This document shows positions 33,801-38,743 of a DNA stretch of 64,000 nt, piece after piece (the first letter of the stretch is position 1; each line of letters opens with the position of its first letter). The notes beneath the pieces are model-generated. The model saw nothing but the letters and a program-made list of their open reading frames with translations. It was not told the DNA's origin and ran no database searches. Source of the DNA: a virus. The stretch lies in the IMG/VR virus record IMGVR_UViG_3300035396_000367, positions 27,738 to 91,737 of that record; one strand, written 5' to 3'. Position numbers and translations under genes: made by a program.

Positions 33801-36617
33801 TAAAGATTCTTTTAAGGATTTGGCCTCGGATATCCTTTCAGTCAGTAGAGATTCTTCCTTACCCGTTGTACCTGACGTGCTACTTCCTTTTAAGTTATCC
33901 AGTCTTCTACTGAAAGCTATGTAAAGATTAGAAAACCTTTCATACACGTCTTTCGAACCTTGATATGGAGATTGTTCCCGTACTTGAACCTGGTCTTGCT
34001 GGTCAGGTAACTCCCGCGTATGTGTACCGTATAACCCTGTATTTGTTAGTAAACTCTCAATCTGACTTAAGGAGCCTTCCTTAACTGGCTCATATGAACC
34101 CACTGTACCTCTAGACCTATTCCTAAGATATGCGTCTAGTACGTCAGAAAACTCTGATAAACGAACTAGCAGACTACTAACCGACTTAAAGTTTTTATCT
34201 TTTAAATCTCCTGTCGATACATCTATCTTTTTATCTGATAAATGCTGTTTCATACCCTCTATCTCTGCTGTAACATCCTGTATAAATTCTTGCGTGTCTG
34301 CAAAATACTCAGGATTTTCAGTGCCCTTATCACTTATCTCTTTAGACATCCCTTTCAGCTTAGCTAGTATCTTTAACGCAGCGTTATCAACACCCCCTTT
34401 TCTCTTAAAGTCTACTACACCATTTTTTGAACCTTTAGCTTCCTTCGCATAATCCTGGTACAACTCTTTGTACGGGTTTCCTTGCTGCATTTTTAGCAAA
34501 GATTCTGTCTCACCTTTATGTGCAGACTCCTCTGTTTGATACCTATTGAACAAGTCAAGCGTAGGGTCTACTCTAACATCCTTAGATGACTCCACTAATA
34601 CTTTTGCATAATTTGATTCTGTCTCAGGAGTTTTATTTGACGATATCATTCCACGTGCTATCTTATCCGAAAATACTTTTGATAGAGTTTCTCCGAATAT
34701 AGCATTCTTATTTTTTCGTGGATCCATTTGTACTGTACTTAAACCCTCTTTTACAGTTGACTGTATGTGGCTCACAGACTCTGTAAATATTTTACCAATT
34801 TCTGCAGTTTTATCTATTACAAATTTTGTAGCTGTGTCCACACCTTTAAACATAGTCTTCTCTACATTACCAACTGCCGAAGAAATATCTGCTTTATTAA
34901 AAGTGATATGAGTAGTAACTGTACCCAAAGCATCAACCATCTCAGCTATATGTACTTGTACTTTTTCACTTAACCCTTTAGATATTTCAGAAAGTTTACC
35001 CTCTATTACTGCTTTGTTTGAAGAAACGGAACCCTGCATAGCAAATGGTATACCCTCAGATGCAACAGATGCTTTCGACTCTATGTCTTTTCTTTTCTCT
35101 GTCGCCTTAGCTACAACCTTCTCCTGTGCATTTATCTTTGCAGACAGCTGAGGCATCTTCTCTGGTGTTAGTGGATTTGAAGGATTTACTTGAGCAGACT
35201 TTTCGATACGACTCTGCATTTCTTTTTTTAGCTTTTCTAAGTTATCTTTTGCAGACTTTTCATATTCCTGGTACGATGAAGTGTCACGTTGTTTATCACT
35301 TACAATATTCTCAATGTATGCGGGTGTTGCTTTAGTGAAATTATTAAAAGACTTTGATAACGATAAATCAGGGGACTTGTACATAGCAGAAGTATCCAAC
35401 GCTTTTTTTACGTCTAACTCTAGCTCTGATATTGCTTTATTTATTTTGTCAATTCGAGTAAAGTACACTTTTCGAACTTTGTCAGTAAGATTATCCGATT
35501 TTAGAAGTTCTTGTTTTTCAAACTTCTCTTTTGTTAATTCTGTTTTTTTAGAATAGGCTTCCTCTATTGTTTTCTGTGTCATTGAATGACCAGCACCTTG
35601 ATTCTGCATTTCACGGTAATTATTTAGCTGAGCATCTCTTAACGAGAATGTCTGTTTTACAGCTTCTCTTCCTCTGGATGTGTCCCCTGCGTATCTGTCG
35701 AAATCAGCAGGTTTTCTATTTGATTGTTTTTCTTTTTTTAAAGATTCTAAACCCGCGACACCAGCGTCGGTGTTTAGCGCACCTTTAGATTTTAAAAAAT
35801 CTGCGTACTTGCCTAACGCTTCATCCACCTGACTACCAAGCTTGCTATACTCGGGTGCACCGATGCTTGAAAGTTTTGTAAAAGATTCTGCTATAACTCT
35901 TTGCAGTCTTTCTCCGTTTACACCAGTTACAGCAATCAACTGAACAAGTAGAGATTGTAATTGATTTAAGTCTGACATCGGTTTAGCAACCGTATCTTTA
36001 TGAATTTCTTCAGTTCCGGAAGCTACGGACTGACCTTGACGATAAAACCCTGCTGATTTTAATTCTTCCCTTACAACCTCTCCAACATGCTTATCGCTGC
36101 TTCCAGCTTTAGAAAGTATTGTACCTATTTTTTCAATCGGCTTTAATCTGTCTTCAAGTGACTTAACTACTTTTTCGAACTGTTGAATTGAACGAGCTGT
36201 AATTTTCCCATCTTCTGAAGTTTTAACGGCTGATTGAGTTTGCTCTACTAATTTAATTAGAGCGTCCACTTTTTTGGAATCTTCACTGCCAGGTTTAACT
36301 TCCATGTTGGAAGCCATTGACTTTATTTTTTCAAATACGGATGAATCCGGTGAAAGTTTTCCACCACCGTCTTGAAGCTGATTCTCCAGCTTAGCTAGAA
36401 GGTGCTCCATCTTTGCTGAATTTTGATACTTCCCTTTCTTAGAAACATCTCCAAGAAATTTACGCATTTCCTCGAAAACTTTCCGATTCTCTGCTGTGAA
36501 CTTCTCAAGAGAATCTCCGTCGCGATCTTTATCTTTACTTGCTAGTTTATCAAGAACTTCTTTTGTTCCAACTAACACTTCTTCGAGCAACACTAAAGGG
36601 CCAAAATTCATATCCAT
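15822..36617 (-). CDS. Giant tail tape measure protein (~6,930 aa) with embedded PD-(D/E)XK nuclease domain
   Basis: After tube and chaperones; helical K/E/S/A-rich; TP901-type TMP core at ~27400-28350 (EFSRQG..AANVTDM..LDSWNNVANKNAVTAKDLGEAV..VTRKGGSTIG); hydrophobic segments ~26660-27320; GG..PAVLHPGEVVIP motif ~20400-20520. ATG 36617 has AAGGTG RBS (track start GTG 36626). Confidence 0.9.
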   Translation of the reverse strand: MDMNFGPLVLLEEVLVGTKEVLDKLASKDKDRDGDSLEKFTAENRKVFEEMRKFLGDVSKKGKYQNSAKMEHLLAKLENQLQDGGGKLSPDSSVFEKIKSMASNMEVKPGSEDSKKVDALIKLVEQTQSAVKTSEDGKITARSIQQFEKVVKSLEDRLKPIEKIGTILSKAGSSDKHVGEVVREELKSAGFYRQGQSVASGTEEIHKDTVAKPMSDLNQLQSLLVQLIAVTGVNGERLQRVIAESFTKLSSIGAPEYSKLGSQVDEALGKYADFLKSKGALNTDAGVAGLESLKKEKQSNRKPADFDRYAGDTSRGREAVKQTFSLRDAQLNNYREMQNQGAGHSMTQKTIEEAYSKKTELTKEKFEKQELLKSDNLTDKVRKVYFTRIDKINKAISELELDVKKALDTSAMYKSPDLSLSKSFNNFTKATPAYIENIVSDKQRDTSSYQEYEKSAKDNLEKLKKEMQSRIEKSAQVNPSNPLTPEKMPQLSAKINAQEKVVAKATEKRKDIESKASVASEGIPFAMQGSVSSNKAVIEGKLSEISKGLSEKVQVHIAEMVDALGTVTTHITFNKADISSAVGNVEKTMFKGVDTATKFVIDKTAEIGKIFTESVSHIQSTVKEGLSTVQMDPRKNKNAIFGETLSKVFSDKIARGMISSNKTPETESNYAKVLVESSKDVRVDPTLDLFNRYQTEESAHKGETESLLKMQQGNPYKELYQDYAKEAKGSKNGVVDFKRKGGVDNAALKILAKLKGMSKEISDKGTENPEYFADTQEFIQDVTAEIEGMKQHLSDKKIDVSTGDLKDKNFKSVSSLLVRLSEFSDVLDAYLRNRSRGTVGSYEPVKEGSLSQIESLLTNTGLYGTHTRELPDQQDQVQVREQSPYQGSKDVYERFSNLYIAFSRRLDNLKGSSTSGTTGKEESLLTERISEAKSLKESLDAATVKLDQLKSSNAPVKEISSAKEAVSVVEKNIGEFVKKVVGVSGSRGKDSSTSVSRKWDETKQSVDGALINAFSEDRLRGIAEKLTPEQRLNAAIDQGQLSSADVQQSIDAIWNEYVTMPAKAYSDVSKVEGGKMPAFDLKKREQEALARIKKYIISVTKDLELVQRTKEDPDKTTYITKSGMSSDEIRNETGEPGSMKSSDPQLDELKSIGGFHASEGSRDRSAKDNDYERTINNMLDVFKGVSIDKLKYKHRMDKEGNLRSEPLTVQPTSIEETVKAFKSMGTSIGEFDESGDLVKNGRKLEVSKSEADAIRRLSDQMAVYFQKKVEVKGTSGKMEYKDSEFLGSERGIYSPTQEFFDELKKFKAKQILGKDYNDLTEKERTSLESPENKAAYEGFTVAELERLPEDLSKIMYGKDYKGLSSPEKGSVDERLKKVKGASRQNSPKYQEFIRTLMVRVQSDAQLKGNSASTRDFTEVADKVAAIDESILKNIGDRVVSAFSSKEGPDKELAAIISDIDSNVAVLDNVANLAKVESGVRPGTASTILSKRTKAVDNLAKLKVAIGQLKSAPAAERFDLVSMIDKLSARVSKDLEGIVIGIDQAAANYDESAAYSKRAYSAMSKIETASQIGQNSKPKKNKSALDTLKGNAVSVLTEINEKGMSFLDARSALSLAIDKADESQLLLLTDLTKAKDVFRGGNLDTAKLYTKTSQGRVVSTGFDERTRNQAKSGLSQVNSKIQDITESEITAKTEKGDRSHLSSDKSVLARVSGSMLIGDNRPEEIQKIMAGITASKEQGLDRNLEAFSSKLVFGDIKPSDLDTNTSGGQERVDALVKRLRDKLVSSIESFGETVDVKTREAIEASIHREIQWTREVLKKQEEQMLQSNIESGKTAPGTKIDPDKFSVAAALKYRFKNTAKEVGNYVNGSELAQKSIVYGDPETGRNLVDSKLATKIYDTDVVSQGTVSGANMEDAYAEGIRNMVATQGYGTKDSGLTPSGVQSIATRGMFGKSSLFGAVMGRDFSGKESESAAIGKNVHKSLENLSHIDFAKEIEAGYVAVEQKLDRSSDGASLGTVDEARAVKDGDGYRVKVRDYKTSTLSPTEVAEKSATQQALYQRSIPESDWGKSLGKITGIDTDIVHIPRKEFVKGLNTEGLLGENNKGTELELSAQLESRMTAIREASSKGTMSAADNTFLTSLRELVNRVATIVKVDKPIAEAEREVQLAGTSMSIVKDLGFQEHMNKPEVKSRFEAEVASSKNGDSSVKGKFLDEFLASKGLEFGDTFDAKTAYSKMSSFKGRSISDDELLEKSAAMESEKAKVINQATEDKKYATGSEEAKGFGECCDKLVKAITESGSMLKRTLEQIDQDVCDIKTRLSKASSGVPTLNAAAAETASGVKTPGKKVTGESYESLLSEIGDADKLSKYLKREARRANDSSKNIIERSSSSSALSNYLEPKEGAEAGTTLKGRLETIQALKQKIAGDGALDMGTELKIKDIERSLKELIESSDKAKESLQNMATTKKNSLWKDQASEVRLYARELSYLAATNKKIIGIAVESATTDKSKKEAISSVKRGISEYREELDKLRNIQGADKTFGVAAIKSAELELEKLEKMLIKISGMDATPKGLRTFEQLFAEVGKHASSVSQIAKTTRDANVPLEERLQSLKELAMVQKEYVTSLTAMGKVAKTPEQQSQAFNAFAKYDGLKASIASSKNAFEYDSAINSGDPTRIREIETSRVKEQMQDFNKRAKTTAAVAIDLKGQGFDVLSKEIIQTEKILDIRGREIGLLKMVIDSQGRVTTSIEESTNALRGGLAKQLETVMGRIAKFGAGSYLFYGIQAQARQAVGAMLSVEEQVNTLRQVMSEASTDFGKIKNDLYGIAQEMARPIDDVMGTAIEFSRQGLGQAEVTSLTKTTAVAANVTDMTQVEAMDNLTAATRQYSFSLKESMAILDSWNNVANKNAVTAKDLGEAVKQVGALAKISGLEFNRLNGMVAAMQEVTRKGGSTIGRVMKQMLTNMRTDKAEESLNSVGISIRKTAQEYRDAQDVFNDLAGSWNNITDAQKQQIALSLGQVRYGSFVTAMFENWDIVTKATTDSLYSNGSAMAENQIAMESTKRTLESLKNTWGEVVQVSGQLTLPVLDGGAKAIRGILSTVNELPGGVRTVVVGLGTVVTTTAVAATALKLLTGGQLDAFSLIGGLLKKNTIDSKKLAAEFAALKNVSVAGIDKEAVALGQTKVLQEGLNLSVKSEVGERAAVNSLLQQEIALMKIRESMSTGKGKISKKTSQLGDAATDVLAREAAAKATKETLSKKTKDVVKDTGRDIAVKGGLFAGLRGLFAGGAAGGGGAAAAGTLAIPPVAIAAAVAAAIAGIGVGAGAIKANTDVKGSKAMAGRRKDIEKDRYSLSENQGALEAYVSAASKVSNASNLNEKALDRELKLRKDLAGIMPGVVAGYTTYGVAVLKSASSLDVFAKTLRDIEEAREVDYIISLANAIDDVFTAMNRKGSGKWYEGISSLFGASLGTSRIEDLQKATTNKSQAEAALSVAKESGNEKLISKKSKEVKKATEEYVSSQAYINDAIEQMDSLFTKAGERGSGQVVNLLSTILEKSDTAGAFTINMTRQLEAFGTDYEKGLKVMISKMVGGDLANYIRNADVSQPVSEMTALSSRLAESVIKAPGADKALRERANQLAESLASGSVSVSTDLNGMYAGIAENVKLDADKAAKITENTLAVFTKRVKQANGEYKEVQSYLLNTDNKISVIDLSPKESLLTDGKLDQKKVDKYASEEMVKQYSSVNEAYTAAKGDGGELKQVQSIGAGPSVSYTDTLGIAQKSVKAFTETFEVLDKAIDKSVNKLSKMSSVSKEFLNFGDVELSDYNRYLEDMSKHIGSIVANYGDLFGAAVKIDAAMSSVVKEQSGQVAIVRKKSVVDQLSYSSEKGLLDEPGKKLFKTASVASTGKTTEDLGVYGKGYVDSVRASLEDVGSKISGEIDGIDLMEYATDFIQNNTDLPGKLLKKINETIKPGSVSSSKVSSVVDKTIEDAFSVEGMKEYLAKVTADYESLVNQSRKDIEDATAGLKKANNTQNAGKQAGKYFGKMVDEGKGTDIESVKAEVKFEYGISDKKGGEALAKEIHERYTHVMKAKEEVAKIKSLAEGMEKDASSAKGVFKKALTSISANETVGSFSTDTSVVRATSNEKTFAKLLVSIKNINTEANAIMNSGADLAMISRQNSLGEMLGLTQQSMGAVIAINNARGIGVDAAKAIYKGMISEQGGDKAKKSFGTVLASIEQEFKKSGGRSSEGMQKAIKEGLKKAGMGGTKEAEGFLEIFKAVGVDPRNLQVMSETMATMSKSMKEMGDDADGALGAAGSDAQQKSIEEQAKAMEQYLKITDLISKKKEEFKTAVREMATAFQGMGKVSAEGVGENFTKLSAAVGRSGGNIKETIDVMKKSGDPELVNYGKYLQEELTSMYVKAFGSIDLSVVKKSVDSIQKALAVDIFDNTFTSGKEALTQIRQLGQTLAELGVQYSEVTTFSKIFDEASKSAGNAEQMKEYKEKVQKNLDFIIGQFESLGMSIDKNSVKFESMTTSMLKNMYIVGDVANSLKQSVMDVGAAFSNINTVTSAIKGGGIQNYNDDKGRIDAAEKYVSTIKERILLLEKMKSVQQGNLQRETDPKKKEDISSEIKRMEESAQILGEELGKSNFELEKMRQRSSKLTLGRSLSEASALGKVYEGMGGAFDETGAKISAITSRVKDLNDEIGKFSENPELKFELKLEARQLFELKNVREMQGALDAVYESYRKIDSADHDRISQRISYVGTDAKKFSSGPSFAGGSIDQRSDALDKWKTVISTAKKQSMAGSEYVNPKLVSDMTAQYAKDSSSLGIDQLTDKLTTLEEVGRKIGNSKLFNNYEKMSSEFATELSRVQSILEDPNLQGSNWEESSAMLTTYISGLEKVKAISDALSAGKKYDADIKAITELSAALSGMGASGIVDSYYAAEDALVSFENVLKSVLSTVDIKSKEGREFLSQMFDVSIEANSMRIGKSINQTIDQLKKYSAIRKLYSAKGLSNTSLDMEESVVSEVSTAVDTLRDSYYKLTKQKEMFEKVAETDKSGDVSKKLVEISEKAKEAGDMLGKFETIWTKVQTTVGEVSAFKELQKSLNKTFAEVQVFGDSMNTAGDAADIYKDTIVSLIDVFTQGGKLSWDKVDDSAKSAIGGVQQYYSLMLDVQKANERMYSTVDSTVNRFNDFINSDLTDAESVITGITDMFASINSDARSNLMNDVGENLKKAFSKKVPIDEIRVSADASIKELLNSVDLLSVDLTNLLPALKEISAVSGVSLKDIVDKQKSALIEKIAATPDSISKDQMKSTLEQWEKILPNVSGPGGAGGSLGEDTFFQDLKIGFTDLIQGLANEFGVQLKGKKHAQGAVYMATGGGVVNGYYGSDMRNHEAYVAGEIPAVLHPGEVVIPARYAGSPGVQQIASRLPKYGSDGRRVSAASGSVISAAGGSASYMKSMVESIEVEVNSGEMAKLDETTKKEIEVSKELSIGLEKFSKELSRLRKDQDKSFFKFTEIMDSVKVMGSSDPVVEVTPGPVSVPVSTKSLNLSYIPETKQSNEFMLPEKREVRKESALDMVKTGNITTAVYKAGNVLSSKLAEMKIIASGFGKYVSKNVKANISEYKAKREVTAATKKSNKIAEEQNLKNFDVKSYVNKGGFGTSYSLIRGMKKYESSQELEQSKKFYEKRALNLRPEREKLQEGRSKAFKTGDFDTFFSKSKEINKNLAESAVAFGKETKFKLQSMRSDTSRFRQDVRSVLKGMDKEAVEAMRDSWSERLKKSKAMGAQGASKEDKKMYRAEQSEVRKNLFFKEMDEKRKIAGTAVKEQGGNMGLAFLSGMSGNSELYEYARGKASDDNKKESFEKVESKSLEEQKEKEGAKVDIKALAGAVQSGSSSSKSTAATSASSSKGAMSGDKGAAAADIFSMLGAATDKFEEQIREKIWDGILGTRSNYAEMKEKGLDKYVAKGEGDREDLQEEMAKNRKLGRETGETVGGAIGSIWGPLGKAIGTQMGQAIGVQVSSILTRAFNKETKQERKFREAQNQTKALTLQLESARMIESAASLLYKSVDDLLGGMSDIMSAVASDLGAFANNTAWVQMRDMFETDNGLSVSGGQLVADTATIKSNMGFNDFKAKQSSLYSSEDWSSFATFDEGMKEGAWWDEEAEKRKGTAIGNSKDISAKLGLDENLSEAEAMLYASMQEARYSVEQVSESFDTLSERVQGKIDKIAEIWTAAGGDVKEFGKGLSKAALATMEFIQVFRATQDGGREFDFQGAMDRMFLKTGSRTMQVDQLNTDKSRIASEKTALENEASAAYKTNDELKEEAKKGLLWTTADEERYQTAILLQTQQQSEYATKIKEKAEALKAIDDQIAALSTANVGDVQKFVDDMQKITGAVNKMMDGATDTKRAWDLIGSALDSAKAKNAGFYESLKGAASGLGMVGDWVSKLRKNTSGGFDFSTSGNKKFKDMSSGSSSFVSDIQSGNFMNQTDLTNYLLSNNIAKSSVTGSNTALSQSQLQQIASLDKGVADQVGNMGVIELTRALANYRVSSANETSDVYKFQTDSFVSVIATGMDNFVYTAEVKFSSIENMFNEWTSKNKLKIEGINKAFDEFRSFAENIDGSAFAGSVSGMGAGNVLDAYNAMPKQMTQIFSETARGNLELTDEIKTFYGEQIQLAAAQADALSIASAAQSVSRVGVVGRISTGLSGTSMTATQITTALTPLNAAITAGVSLSPNELDGLIGVITDQLGNSTEGLALTAELISVNNDVMSINSRAADQQAEVVSLTKEANDLLRKQYELYKSEHGKATDEKSFIQANLDALRNLQQSFNRDTGGVYTTDKGEVDRISEAEDLYLRSVGNGQFEIAKTLQEFSEMYGQKVVSGPKDISTWSQVRPVTNNFTIQIDADFIDPSQLDADRQRSLAMVIRGALEDENLRYSE
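30330..30830 (-). other. RecB-family PD-(D/E)XK nuclease domain within the TMP
   Basis: Ordered motifs TPS; IGKNVHKSLE; VAVEQKL; GTVD; VRDYKTS; TQQALYQ. Confidence 0.75.
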
Positions 36618-36632
36618 GGTGTACACCTTTCT

Positions 36633-37697
36633 CTATCTTTTTCTCGGTCCAATTCCCCTATCGCCTGCTTCACTCATTGGATTACCAGATGAACGTTCTG
36701 CTTTAGCAACAGCTTCCTTATGCTTTGCGAGGTAAGGCGAACCCTCCGAGAAGAGTATCTCTTTTTCCTCACCGAAAACAAACAGGTCCTGCATTCCAGA
36801 ACCCTTATTACCGGCAGCATTCTTATTCCTTTCCATTTCCTTTTCTTTGGACTTTTTCTCTACCCATTCGTCCAATTTAGTGTCATCGTTAAGAAGCCAG
36901 TCAGGAGCCTGATACGCTTCTGTAACATCGTCATAATACATTAACCAAGAAACAAGATGTGTCTGAGGCCTTGTCCAACCGGCTGTTGGCCCTGTGAACA
37001 TCTGGCTACCACCACTCATCGGAATACCGAAAAATGGTGCACCTGTTTTCTTTGATGCTCTCCATTTTATCCTGACTTCCGACTCTCTTGCAATAGCACG
37101 AAGGGTACCTTGATCAAAACTACGAATGAATGAAATAAGATGGCTGATCACCAGTCCACGGAGCATATCGTCTCTTTCGTTGACGTATTCCTCTGGTGTT
37201 TTCCATATGCATGGAACGCAGAACTTTGCGTAAAAAGATACTTCGGCCTGTTCAGCTAAATACTCCGCAGTGAGCTGGTAGAATGAATCCCTCTTGTAAG
37301 ATATCTCGTAGTACCGGGTATCAAAGTCTCTTAGCTCTTCTTTTTTCTTCTCAATTATCGAAGAATGTGCGAAGCTTAGCTTTTTAAGCTGTGCTCTGAT
37401 GACTGTCCGTTGTGCATCAATTTCCTTGAGCTCAGCCTTTTCACGTTCGCTGAAGACCTCTAATCTAGCAATAACATCTGCCTCGAGCTCTTCTCGCGTA
37501 CGTACTTTGTCTTCCTTTGCCTCTCTCATAGTTTCAAAGTAAATACGCCTACCCTCCATCTGCATATTCTGCGAAGGGTAATTCATATAACCTTGAAACT
37601 CTCTACCGGAACCGTTCCTAACCTTTAGGTATCTTCTACCACTCGCTATCTCAAAGAAGTAAAGCTGAGCTTCCTCCGATGTTAAGCGAGTAGACAT
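36633..37697 (-). CDS. Putative tail assembly chaperone, long form (gpGT-like; 354 aa)
   Basis: Immediately upstream of TMP; helical; N-terminal part resembles the adjacent 223-aa protein. Confidence 0.55.
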   Translation of the reverse strand: MSTRLTSEEAQLYFFEIASGRRYLKVRNGSGREFQGYMNYPSQNMQMEGRRIYFETMREAKEDKVRTREELEADVIARLEVFSEREKAELKEIDAQRTVIRAQLKKLSFAHSSIIEKKKEELRDFDTRYYEISYKRDSFYQLTAEYLAEQAEVSFYAKFCVPCIWKTPEEYVNERDDMLRGLVISHLISFIRSFDQGTLRAIARESEVRIKWRASKKTGAPFFGIPMSGGSQMFTGPTAGWTRPQTHLVSWLMYYDDVTEAYQAPDWLLNDDTKLDEWVEKKSKEKEMERNKNAAGNKGSGMQDLFVFGEEKEILFSEGSPYLAKHKEAVAKAERSSGNPMSEAGDRGIGPRKR

Positions 37698-38368
37698 TAT
37701 TCCTTAGACTCTTCAGCCTTGTCTTCCTTTTGAGTTTCCCAGGATTCTTTCTGTCTCTCCGGTAATTTTTCAAGGAAGTCCGGGTCAAGCCCGTACTGAA
37801 GTGTGACGAAATGGAACTCTGCGGCTCTTCGCAAGCTGGAGTATTCATCTTTTCGGTACTTGTCGTACCTTTCTTTCATTGCTTTTTTCAGGTCGGTGTG
37901 TGTGGAATCAATCAAGGCCTTACCGTCTTCCATTATAATGTTCGCTGTTAGGTAAGAATCCCTTGCGTCCTCGGCAATGGTATCAGCGCAGTTCGCAAGA
38001 TAGTCACGAATAACTGTTCGCTTTGCAGTAACCTCTGCACGAATAATTGACATTTTTGACTTCAACTCATGTACGAGCGATTTGTCTTCTTTCTTTCGAG
38101 CTTCTTCAAGCTCATCAATTAAATCGTTAATTTCTATAAACTTCTCTGAAGCAACACGCTCCATCTCAGTTAAGTTTACACCGCTTTCTTCAAGTCGATT
38201 TTTAAGAGCTGTTTTTGGCATAATGTTTTCTGACAAAGCTTCATTGTACACCTTTGTGTACTCATACTTTGCCCGGTCCATTTCCTCTGCCGTAGGTTTA
38301 CGAATGTAAAGTTTTCTTTCCTTACCCGCGTCATCTGTCCAATCAAATTCTCTGATTTTTGTTTCCAT
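37697..38368 (-). CDS. Putative tail assembly chaperone (gpG-like; 223 aa)
   Basis: Between tube and TMP; LYIRKPT motif and coiled coil; AAGGA RBS. Confidence 0.55.
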   Translation of the reverse strand: METKIREFDWTDDAGKERKLYIRKPTAEEMDRAKYEYTKVYNEALSENIMPKTALKNRLEESGVNLTEMERVASEKFIEINDLIDELEEARKKEDKSLVHELKSKMSIIRAEVTAKRTVIRDYLANCADTIAEDARDSYLTANIIMEDGKALIDSTHTDLKKAMKERYDKYRKDEYSSLRRAAEFHFVTLQYGLDPDFLEKLPERQKESWETQKEDKAEESKE

Positions 38369-38389
38369 GTCCTTATTCCTTTTTCCTGT

Positions 38390-38689
38390 TTAGTTTGAGC
38401 CTATAGGCTTTGTTATTATATCATTAACCACAACTTTTGGGGTTATTACGTACCGGTTAAATTCGTCTCTCATTGAACGAAGTTTATCGTTATTTTCTCT
38501 GAGATAGGATTTCCTGAATCTCTGAAAAACAGATTGATACGTGTTTGGGATTACGATAGCTAGAGTGTCTTCAACCTGTGTTAGTGTTTTAGACCAGCCA
38601 TCCTTTAGGGATTTTTCAACATCTGACCATAACAGTGTTGCGCCATCAGGCTTACTGTTCAGTTCTTTATTATTATTTTGAGGAGCCAT
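38390..38689 (-). CDS. Hypothetical protein (99 aa)
   Basis: AAGG RBS, ATG start, fits operon. Confidence 0.6.
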   Translation of the reverse strand: MAPQNNNKELNSKPDGATLLWSDVEKSLKDGWSKTLTQVEDTLAIVIPNTYQSVFQRFRKSYLRENNDKLRSMRDEFNRYVITPKVVVNDIITKPIGSN

Positions 38690-38707
38690 ACCTTTTCCTT
38701 TCGTGTA

Positions 38708-38735
38708 GGAGCAGCCACACGTATGTGGCCACTCC
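38708..38735 (-). terminator. Stem-loop after tail tube gene (mRNA stabiliser or attenuator; no U-tract)
   Basis: Minus-strand RNA GGAGUGGCCACA-UACG-UGUGGCUGCUCC; the G.U pairs form only on this strand. Confidence 0.5.
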
Positions 38736-38743
38736 CCATTTTT

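Noticed and set aside
36510-36545. DKDRDGD near the TMP N-terminus as an RNA-polymerase DxDGD motif (virion RNAP)
   Set aside because: Lies ~30 aa from the start in helical charged sequence with no double-psi barrel context.
37735-37742. GGGAAAC slippery-like heptamer at the end of the first chaperone
   Set aside because: Wrong codon phase (TGG GAA ACT), and the -1 frame hits TGA before the next gene.
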